A DNA stretch of 64,000 nucleotides from an uncultured Thermotogae bacterium (GCA_964558595.1 CAZLER010000001.1:39779-103778), one strand, 5' to 3'; positions 48,473 through 57,723 are shown, numbered from the stretch's first letter. Program-made: numbers and translations. Notes: a model not told the origin generated them from the letters alone.

Positions 48473-48617
48473 GACAGACCCGTGTCCGTGATGAGGACCT
48501 GGGCGGCGATGCAGCACCTCGTGACGCAACGCCGAGGGATCCTTCCTCTGCACGGAGTCTTGGCACCGCCGGTATCATCTGTCAGACACCCGACAGATCG
48601 GATACACTGCCGGGGTC

Positions 48618-49328
48618 ATGTCGTTCGTCAAGCTGTCCGACCCGACGAAACCTCGTCACGTCGTCGACCAGGTGCTGGAGGGGATCCGCGACGGATCGCT
48701 CAGTGCGGGGGAGCGGCTGCCGTCGGAGGCGAAGCTGGCGGAGCTCACGGGGGTGGGACGGACATCGGTCCGCGAGGCGCTGGCGGCCCTGCGGTTGATG
48801 GGGGTCATCGAGACGCGTGTCGGCGACGGGAGCTACGTCCGCGACACGGTCGGGACCGACGATGTGGCAAGCGGCATCGCCCGGGCGATCGCGCAATCGG
48901 AAGAGGCGATGCAGCTTCAGGAAGCACGGGCGGTGTTCGAGTGCGGGATGGTCCGCCTGGCAGCGGCGCGCTGGTCGCCGGAGAAAGCGACGACGTTTCG
49001 AGATCTCCTGTCGGACATGTCGACCTGCGTCGATGGTGAGTGTTATGAGCAGTACATTCGACTCCATCGCGACTTCCATCTTCGTCTCGCCGAGGCGACC
49101 GACAACGGGATCGTCGTGGCCACCGAGCGGAGCTTCCTCGAGACGATGGACCACGAAGGGTGGCAGGACATGGAGCGGCAGTTCTACCTTCCCAACCGGG
49201 CCGAGTACCTGCGCGAATCGGTCGACGAACACGCCGCGATCCTCGACGCCGTCGCCGCGGGTGATGGGGATGCCGCGTCGGTGCTGATGCACGCCCACTT
49301 TTCCAGACATGAGCGGACGGGAGGCTGA
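48618..49328 (+). CDS. GntR-family transcriptional regulator (FadR/FCD C-terminal domain)
   Basis: 236 aa; HTH ..LPSEAKLAELTGVGRTSVREAL.., FCD-type ligand domain. Confidence 0.8.
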   Translation: MSFVKLSDPTKPRHVVDQVLEGIRDGSLSAGERLPSEAKLAELTGVGRTSVREALAALRLMGVIETRVGDGSYVRDTVGTDDVASGIARAIAQSEEAMQLQEARAVFECGMVRLAAARWSPEKATTFRDLLSDMSTCVDGECYEQYIRLHRDFHLRLAEATDNGIVVATERSFLETMDHEGWQDMERQFYLPNRAEYLRESVDEHAAILDAVAAGDGDAASVLMHAHFSRHERTGG

Positions 49329-49329
49329 C

Positions 49330-51738
49330 ATGGAGGAGGCGGAATCCGCGATGCGTACAAGCGGTGCACAACTCCAGCCGGCGACAGGGGGGTGGCAGGT
49401 GGTCGGGCGCTCGTACCGCCGCAAGGACGGGAACGCCCGCGTCACCGGTCAGGAGCGGTACACGTCGGACATCGTCTTGCCGGGGATGCTGCACGGTCGG
49501 ATCCTGCCCAGTCCGCACGCTCACGCCGTCGTCCGATCGATCGACACGCGCAAGGCCGAAGCATTGGGAGCAACCGTCCTGACCTACGAGGACGTGCCGA
49601 AGCTGCGCTATAACGAGCGGATCATCACCATCCCGTCGGTGCTTCACAAGGACCATACCGTGCTCGCCGACAAGGTTCGCCGCGCCGGAGAAGCCGTCGC
49701 CGCCGTCGCCGCGGAGACCGAGGAGCTGGCCGAGCGGGCGGTGCAGGCGGTTCACGTCGAGTACGACGTGCTGCCGGCGATCACCGATCCATACGCGGCG
49801 ATGGCACCCGACGCCCCCACGATCTACGACACCGTGCTGTGGGGCGACGACGAGATCGCCATCGAGCGCAACATCGCCTGCGTACGCGCGGTCGAGGAAG
49901 GGGATGTCGAGACGGCATTCCGCGACGCGGACGTGGTGGTGGAGGGGACGTTTCGGCTGCCCAAGGTGTACCATGCCCAGCTGGAGACCAAGGGGTGCGT
50001 CTGTCGCCCCGAACCGAACGGCGGCCTGACCGTGTGGCCGACGACGCAGTCGATCCACAACGTCCGGATCCTGCTCGGGGAGATCTTCGGGATCCCGCTG
50101 TCCAAGATCGACGTCCGCCGGGTGCCCATCGGCGGGACGTTCGGCTCGAGCATCCAGATGAACTCGCCGATCCCGATCTGCGCCGCGCTGTGCCGAAAGG
50201 CCGGACGTCCGGTCAAGCTCGTCTATACCCGCGAGGAGGACGTCCACGACCACACGCGCTACGGATGTGCGATCGACCTCAAGCTGGCCGCCCGAGCGGA
50301 CGGCACCCTGCTCGGCGCCGAGATGGAACTCGTCGTCGACATCGGCGCGCACAACATCCAGGCGTACTCGTTCCTCGGCGTGTCGATCGGCTGGCTGGTC
50401 AGCCTGTACAAGCTTCCCCACCTCCGCTATCGGGGGACGGCGGTCTATACGAACACGGCGCCTTCGTGCGCGATGCAGGGATTCGGCAACCCCCAGGTGA
50501 CATTCGCCGCCGAGCAGCTGATCGACGAGCTGGCTGATCGAGTCGGCGTCGATCCGATCGAACTGCGGCGCAACAACTACGTCGGTCTCGGCGACAGCTT
50601 CTGGGGGCAGGGGCCGATGGTACGGTCGATCGTCCGGTCGGACGGTGTACCGGAGCTGCTCGACCGTGGGGCGCAGCAGATCGGATGGTCCAACCGAGCG
50701 GACCCGTCGAGCAAGGCGGGCCGGTACCGAAAAGGCCATGGCATGGCCCGCGGCTTCCACACCTCGAGCGCCGGAGCGCCGCAGCCCGGGGACGTCATCG
50801 ACTTCTCCGGCGCAATGGTCAAGGTGAACACCGACGGATCCCTCGACGTCGTCACCGCCCTGATGGATCACGGAGGTGGAACCCACGAGGCGATCGCCAA
50901 ACTGGTCGGCGAAGCGCTGTGCGTACCGTTTGACAAGGTGGAGGTCGTCCCGGTCGGGACCCAGACGACGGTGTACGACTGTGTCACGCATGCCACCCGC
51001 GGGGTGTACGCCGGCGGCGGAGCTGCGGTGAAGGCGGCGGAGACGCTGCGCGGGGAGATCATGGAAACGGCAGCCCGCTACCTCGATGTCTACCCCGACG
51101 CCCTCGAGCTGGAGCTCGACGCCGACGCAGGGCACACCGTGGTTCTTGCCCCGGCGATCCCCGACCGGACGATGACGCTCGGTGAGCTGGCGACGCGTTG
51201 CTGGTCGGAGAGCTGGAAGACGCTCGCCGCGGTGGAGAGCTTCCGCCCGACGAATTGCCCGCCGGCCTACGTCGCCGTGTTCCTCGAGGTCGAGGTCGAT
51301 ACATGGACCGGCCGGGTGCGGACGATCCGTGCGGTGATGGGCTCGGACTGCGGCACGGTCGTCAACCCGGCGATGGCCGTCGGCCAACTCGAGGGCGGGC
51401 TGTCCAAGGGGGTGGGCTACGCGCTGATCGAAGGATGCCGCTGGGATGGCGACGGGCGTCTGTCGTCGCGGGGGTCGCTTCTCGACGCGAAGATCGCCGC
51501 CTTCGGCGAGAGCCCTCCGGTCGATGGACTGGCGACGTTCTTCGCCGACAGCTATGAGCCGACGGGGCCGTTCGGGGCGAAGGGAATTGGCGAGGCGGCG
51601 ATGAATCCCGTCGCGGCGGCGTACGCCAACGCGATCGCCAACGCGATCGGCGCTCGGCTTGGCGAGCTGCCGATGACGCCCGAGCGGGTGCTCGAAGCGA
51701 TCGAGCGCTCCGAACCCACGGGGGGCGATCGACCATGA
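49330..51738 (+). CDS. xanthine dehydrogenase/aldehyde oxidase-family molybdopterin-binding subunit (set 1)
   Basis: ORF 49309..51738; ATG 49330 (RBS GGGAGG); c. 800 aa MoCo subunit with ..GGTFGSS.. and C-terminal ..GPFGAKGIGEA.. motifs. Confidence 0.85.
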   Translation: MEEAESAMRTSGAQLQPATGGWQVVGRSYRRKDGNARVTGQERYTSDIVLPGMLHGRILPSPHAHAVVRSIDTRKAEALGATVLTYEDVPKLRYNERIITIPSVLHKDHTVLADKVRRAGEAVAAVAAETEELAERAVQAVHVEYDVLPAITDPYAAMAPDAPTIYDTVLWGDDEIAIERNIACVRAVEEGDVETAFRDADVVVEGTFRLPKVYHAQLETKGCVCRPEPNGGLTVWPTTQSIHNVRILLGEIFGIPLSKIDVRRVPIGGTFGSSIQMNSPIPICAALCRKAGRPVKLVYTREEDVHDHTRYGCAIDLKLAARADGTLLGAEMELVVDIGAHNIQAYSFLGVSIGWLVSLYKLPHLRYRGTAVYTNTAPSCAMQGFGNPQVTFAAEQLIDELADRVGVDPIELRRNNYVGLGDSFWGQGPMVRSIVRSDGVPELLDRGAQQIGWSNRADPSSKAGRYRKGHGMARGFHTSSAGAPQPGDVIDFSGAMVKVNTDGSLDVVTALMDHGGGTHEAIAKLVGEALCVPFDKVEVVPVGTQTTVYDCVTHATRGVYAGGGAAVKAAETLRGEIMETAARYLDVYPDALELELDADAGHTVVLAPAIPDRTMTLGELATRCWSESWKTLAAVESFRPTNCPPAYVAVFLEVEVDTWTGRVRTIRAVMGSDCGTVVNPAMAVGQLEGGLSKGVGYALIEGCRWDGDGRLSSRGSLLDAKIAAFGESPPVDGLATFFADSYEPTGPFGAKGIGEAAMNPVAAAYANAIANAIGARLGELPMTPERVLEAIERSEPTGGDRP

Positions 51739-53267
51739 CGGCATCGGTCGGTGGGCGGCCCGCGGCGGCCGACGAGCGCAGCTGGCCGAACAGCCACCTC
51801 CTCGCCCATCGGTTTGCCTACCTGCGACCGGGATCGCTGATGCAGGCGGTGCGCGCGCTCGCCGAGCACGGGGACGGTGCACGGGCGATCGCCGGCGGCA
51901 CCGACCTGCTGGTGGCGATGAAGACGACACCGACGGCCCCTGCCGCCGGCGCGCCGTGGCCGCAGGGTCGGTCGTCGGGCGTGCCGGATCTCCTCGTCGA
52001 TCTCTCCGGTCTGTCCGAGCTGTCGACCCGGGCGCACGACGGGATCGACCTGCGGATCGGTGCGATCACCAAGATCCGCTCACTGGCGGTCGATCCCGAG
52101 CTGTGGGCCGAGCACAGCTGCCTCGCCGAGGCGGCCGCTTCGTTCGGCTCGACGCAGGTGGCGATGATGGGCACCCTGGGCGGGAACCTCGCCAACGGTT
52201 CTCCGGCGTCGGACACCGTCCCGGCGTTGGTCGCGCTCGGCGCCCACGTCGCGCTGGTCAACCCCGGAGGCGCCCGTCGGGTACCGATCGAGGAGATCCC
52301 GCTGCGACCCGGGCGGACGGCGATTCGTCATGACGAGCTGATCGCCGAAATCCAGATCCCGGCACCGAGGGACGGCACCGGCTCGGCTTTCCTCAAGCTA
52401 TCGCGCGTCTGCGCCGATCTGGCCAAGCTCTCGGTCGCCGTCTGGCTGGTGCGCGAGGGCGACAAGGTCGCCGAGGCGCGGATCGCGCTCGGATCGGTGG
52501 GTCCGACGGTCCTGCGCGCGGGCGGTGCGGAAGCGCTCCTCGCCGGGCAACCGTTCACCGAGGCGGCTGCGCTGGAAGCCGGGCGCGCCGCCGCCGAGGC
52601 GATCCAACCGATCGACGACCTTCGATCGACTGCGGAATACCGGCGCAAGGCTTCGGTGGCGCTCGTTCACGACGCCTGCGTGGCGGCGTGGCGTCGAACG
52701 GGGGAAGAACGATTGGCCGGCCGGCGCGGGGCCCCCGTCCCGCTGTTCGTGGTCCCCGAAGGCGCTTCGTTCCGCATCGGCCCCGCCGAGACGGCGCGGA
52801 TCGAACTCACGGTGAACGGTCAACGCCGCTCGCTCGACGTCGCCCCCAACGAGCTGCTGCTCAACGTGCTCCGCGATCGGCTCACGCTCACGGGCGCCAA
52901 GTACGGCTGCGGAATCGGCGAGTGCGGCGCGTGCACGGTGTGGATGAACGGCACCCCCGTGCTGGGCTGCCTGGTGCTCGCGGTGGCCGCGGACCATGCC
53001 GAGATCCGGACGGTCGAGGGGCTCGCCACGCCCGACGGTACGCTCGACCCGATCCAGCAGGCGTATCTGGAGGAGAACGCCTTTCAATGTGGCTACTGCA
53101 CACCAGGAATGCTGATGATGACCGAGAAGCTGCTCGAGGAGATCCCCGCCCCCCACGAAGACGAGATCCGCGACTACCTCAAGGGCAACCTGTGCCGTTG
53201 CACCGGCTACGCGAGCATCGTTCGAGCGGTCCGGCGTGCGGCGGGCGCCGACGGGGAGGGATGCTGA
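51735..53267 (+). CDS. fused FAD-binding (CoxM-like) + [2Fe-2S] (CoxS-like) subunit (set 1)
   Basis: 510 aa; N-terminal ..IAGGTDLLV.. FAD domain, C-terminal ..YGCGIGECGACTV..CGYCTPGM..CRCTGY.. ferredoxin and four-helix 2Fe-2S motifs; ATGA overlap with upstream Mo subunit. Confidence 0.8.
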   Translation: MTASVGGRPAAADERSWPNSHLLAHRFAYLRPGSLMQAVRALAEHGDGARAIAGGTDLLVAMKTTPTAPAAGAPWPQGRSSGVPDLLVDLSGLSELSTRAHDGIDLRIGAITKIRSLAVDPELWAEHSCLAEAAASFGSTQVAMMGTLGGNLANGSPASDTVPALVALGAHVALVNPGGARRVPIEEIPLRPGRTAIRHDELIAEIQIPAPRDGTGSAFLKLSRVCADLAKLSVAVWLVREGDKVAEARIALGSVGPTVLRAGGAEALLAGQPFTEAAALEAGRAAAEAIQPIDDLRSTAEYRRKASVALVHDACVAAWRRTGEERLAGRRGAPVPLFVVPEGASFRIGPAETARIELTVNGQRRSLDVAPNELLLNVLRDRLTLTGAKYGCGIGECGACTVWMNGTPVLGCLVLAVAADHAEIRTVEGLATPDGTLDPIQQAYLEENAFQCGYCTPGMLMMTEKLLEEIPAPHEDEIRDYLKGNLCRCTGYASIVRAVRRAAGADGEGC

Positions 53268-53346
53268 TGGGACGACCGCTCGGCACGGGGATCCCCAGGC
53301 GAAGCGATGCCCGGAGGGCTTCGTCGACGGCTCCAAAGGAGGCGCC

Positions 53347-54228
53347 ATGACCTTGCCGACGTTCGGCCTGATCCAGCCGGAAACGTTGCCCAAGGCGTTG
53401 AGGCAGCTCGAGGAGACGCCGGCGGCAGCACCGATCGCCGGCGGGACGTGTCTGCTCGTCGAGCTGCGGAAGCGCGCCATCATGTCAGACGACTTGCTCG
53501 ACCTGTCGCGGATCCGCGAGCTGCGTCAGATTCGCATCGAGGGTGATGAGCTTGTGCTCGGCGCCACGGCGACCATCGCGGATGTGCTCGACAGCACGGC
53601 GGTGCGGGACCACGCGCCGGTGCTCTACGAAGCCTGCAGGACGTTCGCCGCGCCGTTGATCCGCAACCGGGCCACGGTGGGCGGCAACCTCGCACACGGG
53701 TCACCGGCAGCGGACACCGCGCCGCCGCTGTTGCTGTACGACGCGATGGTGGAACTCCAGGCGCACGGACGGAAGCGCCTGATGCCGCTGAACCGCTTCT
53801 TCGCCGGACCGTGCACCACCAACCTCCGTCCGGGGCATCTGGTGACGGCGATCCGGCTCCCGATCGAGGGGGCGCCCGCGCGCTGGACGTACGAGAAGCT
53901 GAGGCTGCGCCAAGCGGGCGCGATCAGCGTCGCCAGCGTCGCCGTCCTGTCCCGCCCGGGAGACGATGGCGGAACCGAGACTCGCATCGCCTTGGGAGCC
54001 GTGGCCCCGACACCGATCCGGGCATGGGACGCGGAGGAGGCGCTGCGGGGTGTGACGCTGTCGGACCATGTCATCGAGGTCGCCGCGACGATCGCCGCCG
54101 AAGAGACCCGTCCGATCACCGACATCCGCGGCACCGCCGACCACCGCCGCCGAGGGGTCAAGATCCTGCTACGTCGGGCGCTCACGCGACTGATGGAGCA
54201 ATACCAGGAGGAGACCGATGCAGCCTAG
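53347..54228 (+). CDS. FAD-binding subunit of XDH/CODH-family molybdoenzyme (set 2)
   Basis: ORF 53236..54228; ATG 53347 (RBS AAAGGAGG); ..PIAGGTCLLVEL.. FAD-binding. Confidence 0.8.
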   Translation: MTLPTFGLIQPETLPKALRQLEETPAAAPIAGGTCLLVELRKRAIMSDDLLDLSRIRELRQIRIEGDELVLGATATIADVLDSTAVRDHAPVLYEACRTFAAPLIRNRATVGGNLAHGSPAADTAPPLLLYDAMVELQAHGRKRLMPLNRFFAGPCTTNLRPGHLVTAIRLPIEGAPARWTYEKLRLRQAGAISVASVAVLSRPGDDGGTETRIALGAVAPTPIRAWDAEEALRGVTLSDHVIEVAATIAAEETRPITDIRGTADHRRRGVKILLRRALTRLMEQYQEETDAA

Positions 54229-54790
54229 AGAGGTCCAACTTCACGTCAACGGCCAGGTTCACGCCGTCCACCTCCCGCCCAACGCCACCCTCCTCGAGGC
54301 GCTGCGCGAGCTCGGGTACACGGACGTCAAGAACGGCTGTGAGCAGGGCGACTGTGGAGCGTGTGCGGTGCTGCTCGACGGGAGGGCGGTCAACAGCTGC
54401 TTGGTCCTCGCCTGGCAAGCGGAGGGCCTCGAGATCGTCACCGACAGCGGTTTGGGAACGATGGACTCGCCGCATCCGATCCAGGAGGCGTTCGCCGACA
54501 CCGGGGCGATCCAGTGTGGTTTCTGCACCCCCGGGATGATCGTGGCCACCAAGGCGCTGCTCGATCGCGTCCCGAACCCAACCGAGGAGGAGATCCGAGA
54601 AGCGCTATCGGGGAATCTCTGCCGATGCACCGGATACGGTCAGATCGTGGAGGCGGTGGCGTCAGCGGCCAAGCGGCTCCGGGCGTCGGCGTCGGGCCCC
54701 GGGAAGCCGGCCGTCTCGGAAGTCGATACGGCGCCCGCGGACCGGCACCAGCGTGCACAACGTGATGCTTCGGAAGGTGAACCGTCGTGA
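54218..54790 (+). CDS. (2Fe-2S)-binding small subunit (set 2)
   Basis: 190 aa; ..CEQGDCGACAV.., ..CGFCTPGM.., ..CRCTGY.. Confidence 0.85.
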   Translation: MQPREVQLHVNGQVHAVHLPPNATLLEALRELGYTDVKNGCEQGDCGACAVLLDGRAVNSCLVLAWQAEGLEIVTDSGLGTMDSPHPIQEAFADTGAIQCGFCTPGMIVATKALLDRVPNPTEEEIREALSGNLCRCTGYGQIVEAVASAAKRLRASASGPGKPAVSEVDTAPADRHQRAQRDASEGEPS

Positions 54791-57129
54791 ACGATGTGAC
54801 CCCCAAGCCGTTGCCCTCCGTGGAGCTCCCCCCGCTCCGGCAAGTCGGCCGCCCGCTGAGGAGGGTCGACGCCTTGGGAAAGGCCATCGGCGCGACGAGG
54901 TACGCCGCCGACTTCTCGATGCCCAGAATGCTCCACGCCAAGGTGTTTCGCAGCTGTCGCCCTCACGCGCGGATCCTCCGCCTCGACGTGGACCGCGCGA
55001 GGGCGCTGCCGGGGGTCGCCTGTGTGCTCACCGGTGAGGACGTCCGGGGGGCGAAGCTGAATACCGACCTGCCGGGGCAGACGGGCCGGGAAGCGCGCGC
55101 CGGGTCGGATGCGCCGGTGCTCGCCCTCGACACCGTTCGCTACGTGGGCGAACCGATCGCCCTCGTCGCTGCGGAGACCCCCGCCATCGCCGAAACGGCG
55201 CTCGAGCGAATCGCCGTCGACTACGAGGATCTCCCGGCGGTGTTCCATCCGGAGGCCGCCCTGCGGCCGGGAGCACCGATCCTGTTCGAGCCGGACAACG
55301 TCGTCTCCCGATACACCGTTCGCAAGGGCGACCTCGATGCCGGCATGGCGCAGGCCGATCGGATCGTCGAGAACACGTTCCGAATGCCGTTCGTCGAACA
55401 CGCTTATCTCGAGCCGGACGCCGGGGTGGGGTGGATCGACGACCAGGGAGTCATCAACCTCCGGGTGGCCACCCAGGTCGTCGAACATTTCCGCTCGGTG
55501 GCCCAGGCGCTGGGGGTGCCGCAGCACAAGATCCGGGTGCGGGGGACGATGGTCGGCGGCGGGTTCGGCAGCAAGGAGGACGTCACTGTCGAGATCTTCC
55601 TCGCCTTCCTCACCCGCGAAACCGGCCGTCCGGTCAAGCTCGTGTACACTCGCGAGGAGGCGTTCCTCGCCACGTCGAAGCGGCATCCGTTTACCATCAC
55701 CCACCGCACCGGCGTGAAGAGCGACGGTCGAATCACCGCGGCGCAGATCCGCATGGTGGCCGATTCCGGCGCCTATCCCTACCTGACGCCGTACGTCCTC
55801 CTGTACGCCACCGGGATGGCCACCGGTCCGTACCGGATCGACAACGTGCACGTCGACTCCATCGCGGCAGCGACGAATCAGCCGTTCACCAGCGCCTTTC
55901 GCGGCTTCGGCGGTCCGCAGGCGGCGCTCGGGTACGAGCAACAGATGGACGCGATCGCCGCGGAGCTGGAGATCGACCCGCTGGAGCTACGGCGGATCAA
56001 CTACCTGCGAACGGGGGAGACCACGTGTACCGGTCAGAAGCTCGCGTCGGCCGCATGGTCCGAGGAGTGCGCAACCCGTGTCCTGCACGCCCTCGGCGAT
56101 CGAACACCGGGAAGCGGCACCAGGAAGGTCGGCCGGGGGCTGGCCAACACCTTCCAGAGCTACGGGCGGATCATGTGGTTCCGCGACACGTCCCGGGCGT
56201 GGGTCGGCGTCGAGCTGGACGGTACGGTGGTCATCCGCTGCGGCGTACCCGACCTCGGCGCCGGCCAGTCGAACTCGTTGTGCCAGCTCGCCGCCGAGAT
56301 CCTCGGCGTTCCCCTCGACCGGGTCACGATCTACGCCACCGATTCCGCGGTCACCCCGCTCGCCGGCACCTCAACGGCAACCCGGCAGCTGTACATGTCG
56401 GGTAACGCCGTGTGCACAGCGGCGAATGCCGTCCGAGGCCGGCTGGTTCACCGCGCCGCCGAGGAGCTGGGGGCGGACGAGGGCGCGATCGTCCTCGGCG
56501 ACGGAAGGGCGTTCGTCCCGGGCAGCGACACGGTGTCCATCGACCTCGCCGACCTGGCGAGACGTTGCGCAGCGGAGGGCATCGAGCTGTCCCAACTGGC
56601 GCAGTTCAACGCCCCGTTCACCGACGGTCTCGACCCGGAGACCGGACAGGGCGACATCTGGCCGGACTTCACCTTCGGCGCCGTCGCCGCCGAGGTCGCT
56701 GTCGACGTGGAGACCGGGCAGATCGAGCTGCTGAAGTGCGCTGCCGCGCATGACGTCGGTCGGGCGATCAACCGGGCGGCGGTGGTGGGACAGATCGCAG
56801 GCGGAACCCATCAGGGCCTCGGCTACGCGTTGATGGAGGAGTTTGCCCTCGACAACGGTCACGTGAGGACGCCGTCGTTCGCCGAGTACCTGATCCCGAC
56901 ATCCGTCGATTTCCCGTCGACCGAGGTGTTCGTCCTGGAATCGGGAACCGGCGTTGGGCCGTTCGGAGCCAAGGGGATCGGGGAGCCGGCGTTGACCCCG
57001 GCGGCTCCCGCGGTGGCCAACGCCGTCGCCGACGCGCTCGGCGTCCGGATCCATGAGCTGCCGATGACTCCCGAGCGCGTGCTGCAGGCGATCGACGAGG
57101 CGGAACGAGAGGGAAGAGCCCACGGATAG
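54787..57129 (+). CDS. xanthine dehydrogenase/aldehyde oxidase-family molybdopterin-binding subunit (set 2)
   Basis: 780 aa; GTG start overlapping upstream stop (GTGA); same family as 49330..51738. Confidence 0.85.
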   Translation: MNDVTPKPLPSVELPPLRQVGRPLRRVDALGKAIGATRYAADFSMPRMLHAKVFRSCRPHARILRLDVDRARALPGVACVLTGEDVRGAKLNTDLPGQTGREARAGSDAPVLALDTVRYVGEPIALVAAETPAIAETALERIAVDYEDLPAVFHPEAALRPGAPILFEPDNVVSRYTVRKGDLDAGMAQADRIVENTFRMPFVEHAYLEPDAGVGWIDDQGVINLRVATQVVEHFRSVAQALGVPQHKIRVRGTMVGGGFGSKEDVTVEIFLAFLTRETGRPVKLVYTREEAFLATSKRHPFTITHRTGVKSDGRITAAQIRMVADSGAYPYLTPYVLLYATGMATGPYRIDNVHVDSIAAATNQPFTSAFRGFGGPQAALGYEQQMDAIAAELEIDPLELRRINYLRTGETTCTGQKLASAAWSEECATRVLHALGDRTPGSGTRKVGRGLANTFQSYGRIMWFRDTSRAWVGVELDGTVVIRCGVPDLGAGQSNSLCQLAAEILGVPLDRVTIYATDSAVTPLAGTSTATRQLYMSGNAVCTAANAVRGRLVHRAAEELGADEGAIVLGDGRAFVPGSDTVSIDLADLARRCAAEGIELSQLAQFNAPFTDGLDPETGQGDIWPDFTFGAVAAEVAVDVETGQIELLKCAAAHDVGRAINRAAVVGQIAGGTHQGLGYALMEEFALDNGHVRTPSFAEYLIPTSVDFPSTEVFVLESGTGVGPFGAKGIGEPALTPAAPAVANAVADALGVRIHELPMTPERVLQAIDEAEREGRAHG

Positions 57130-57380
57130 CCCCGAGGATCACGGAGAAAGGCGGAACCGCCAAGGCTCGCTGTCGGCAACCGCTCGAGAGGAACATCCAG
57201 TGACGAAGGACAGGAACAGGACGAACACGCTCGCCCCGCACGGACACGGAAGGCGGACATCCCCCGCGGGTTCTCCGTGCCCATGCACGGCCCACGAGGG
57301 CACCGCAGCTGCGTCGGTGCGTAGGACGAGGTACTTCGTGCCAGGTTCAGCGCTTGCTCGCAGGACACCGTCGATCTTCT

Positions 57381-57675
57381 CCCCTTGGCGGCCCCCGCAC
57401 CTTGGCAAGGGCTCAGCGGTTCCGGGGAACGAACGCACCGGCGCCTTGCCGTTGATGTCCCCTCGTCCTCGTTCCTCTCAGCGCCCTCCGCGCCTCCGCG
57501 AGAGACCCGAAGTCCCCGACAACGAACGAAGTCGATGCCTTCCGTTGTCCTTGCCCTCCACCATTCCCCCTTGGCGTGCTGTGCGCCTTGGCGAGAGACC
57601 CGCCGTCTCCAACGAAGAAGGAAGGGGTTGCTTGCGCCCGAGATTCGCCCTTGTTCGTTTCCCCGAGCGCACCCC
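57381..57675. repeat. three degenerate c. 85-105-bp tandem repeats, each beginning with duplicated CCTTGGCG / CCTCCGCG motif
   Basis: units c. 57381-57482, 57483-57565, 57566-57675 share CCTTGGCG-N9-CCTTGGC(A/G)AG(G/A)G, GCGAGAGACCCG, AACGAA(C/G)(G/A)AAG, GC(C)TT(G)C; a more decayed fourth unit is possible at c. 57170-57260; whole 57130-57723 intergenic is gene-free. Confidence 0.5.
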
Positions 57676-57723
57676 CGCGTCTCTGCGAGCGTCACCGCGG
57701 ACCAGGATCGGAAGAGATACCGA

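Noticed and set aside
48805-51930. 1041-aa minus-strand ORF (also 66..2432 +, 7354..9219 -, 10885..12906 -, 16936..18945 -, 18945..21254 -, 43730..45484 + and many others)
   Set aside because: Arg/Gly/Ala/Pro-rich low-complexity translations lying antisense to genes with clear homology signatures; typical spurious long ORFs of ~70% GC DNA.
57381-57675. Possible CRISPR array
   Set aside because: Units are c. 85-105 bp and mutually degenerate with no short conserved repeat alternating with unique spacers; no cas genes anywhere in the window.
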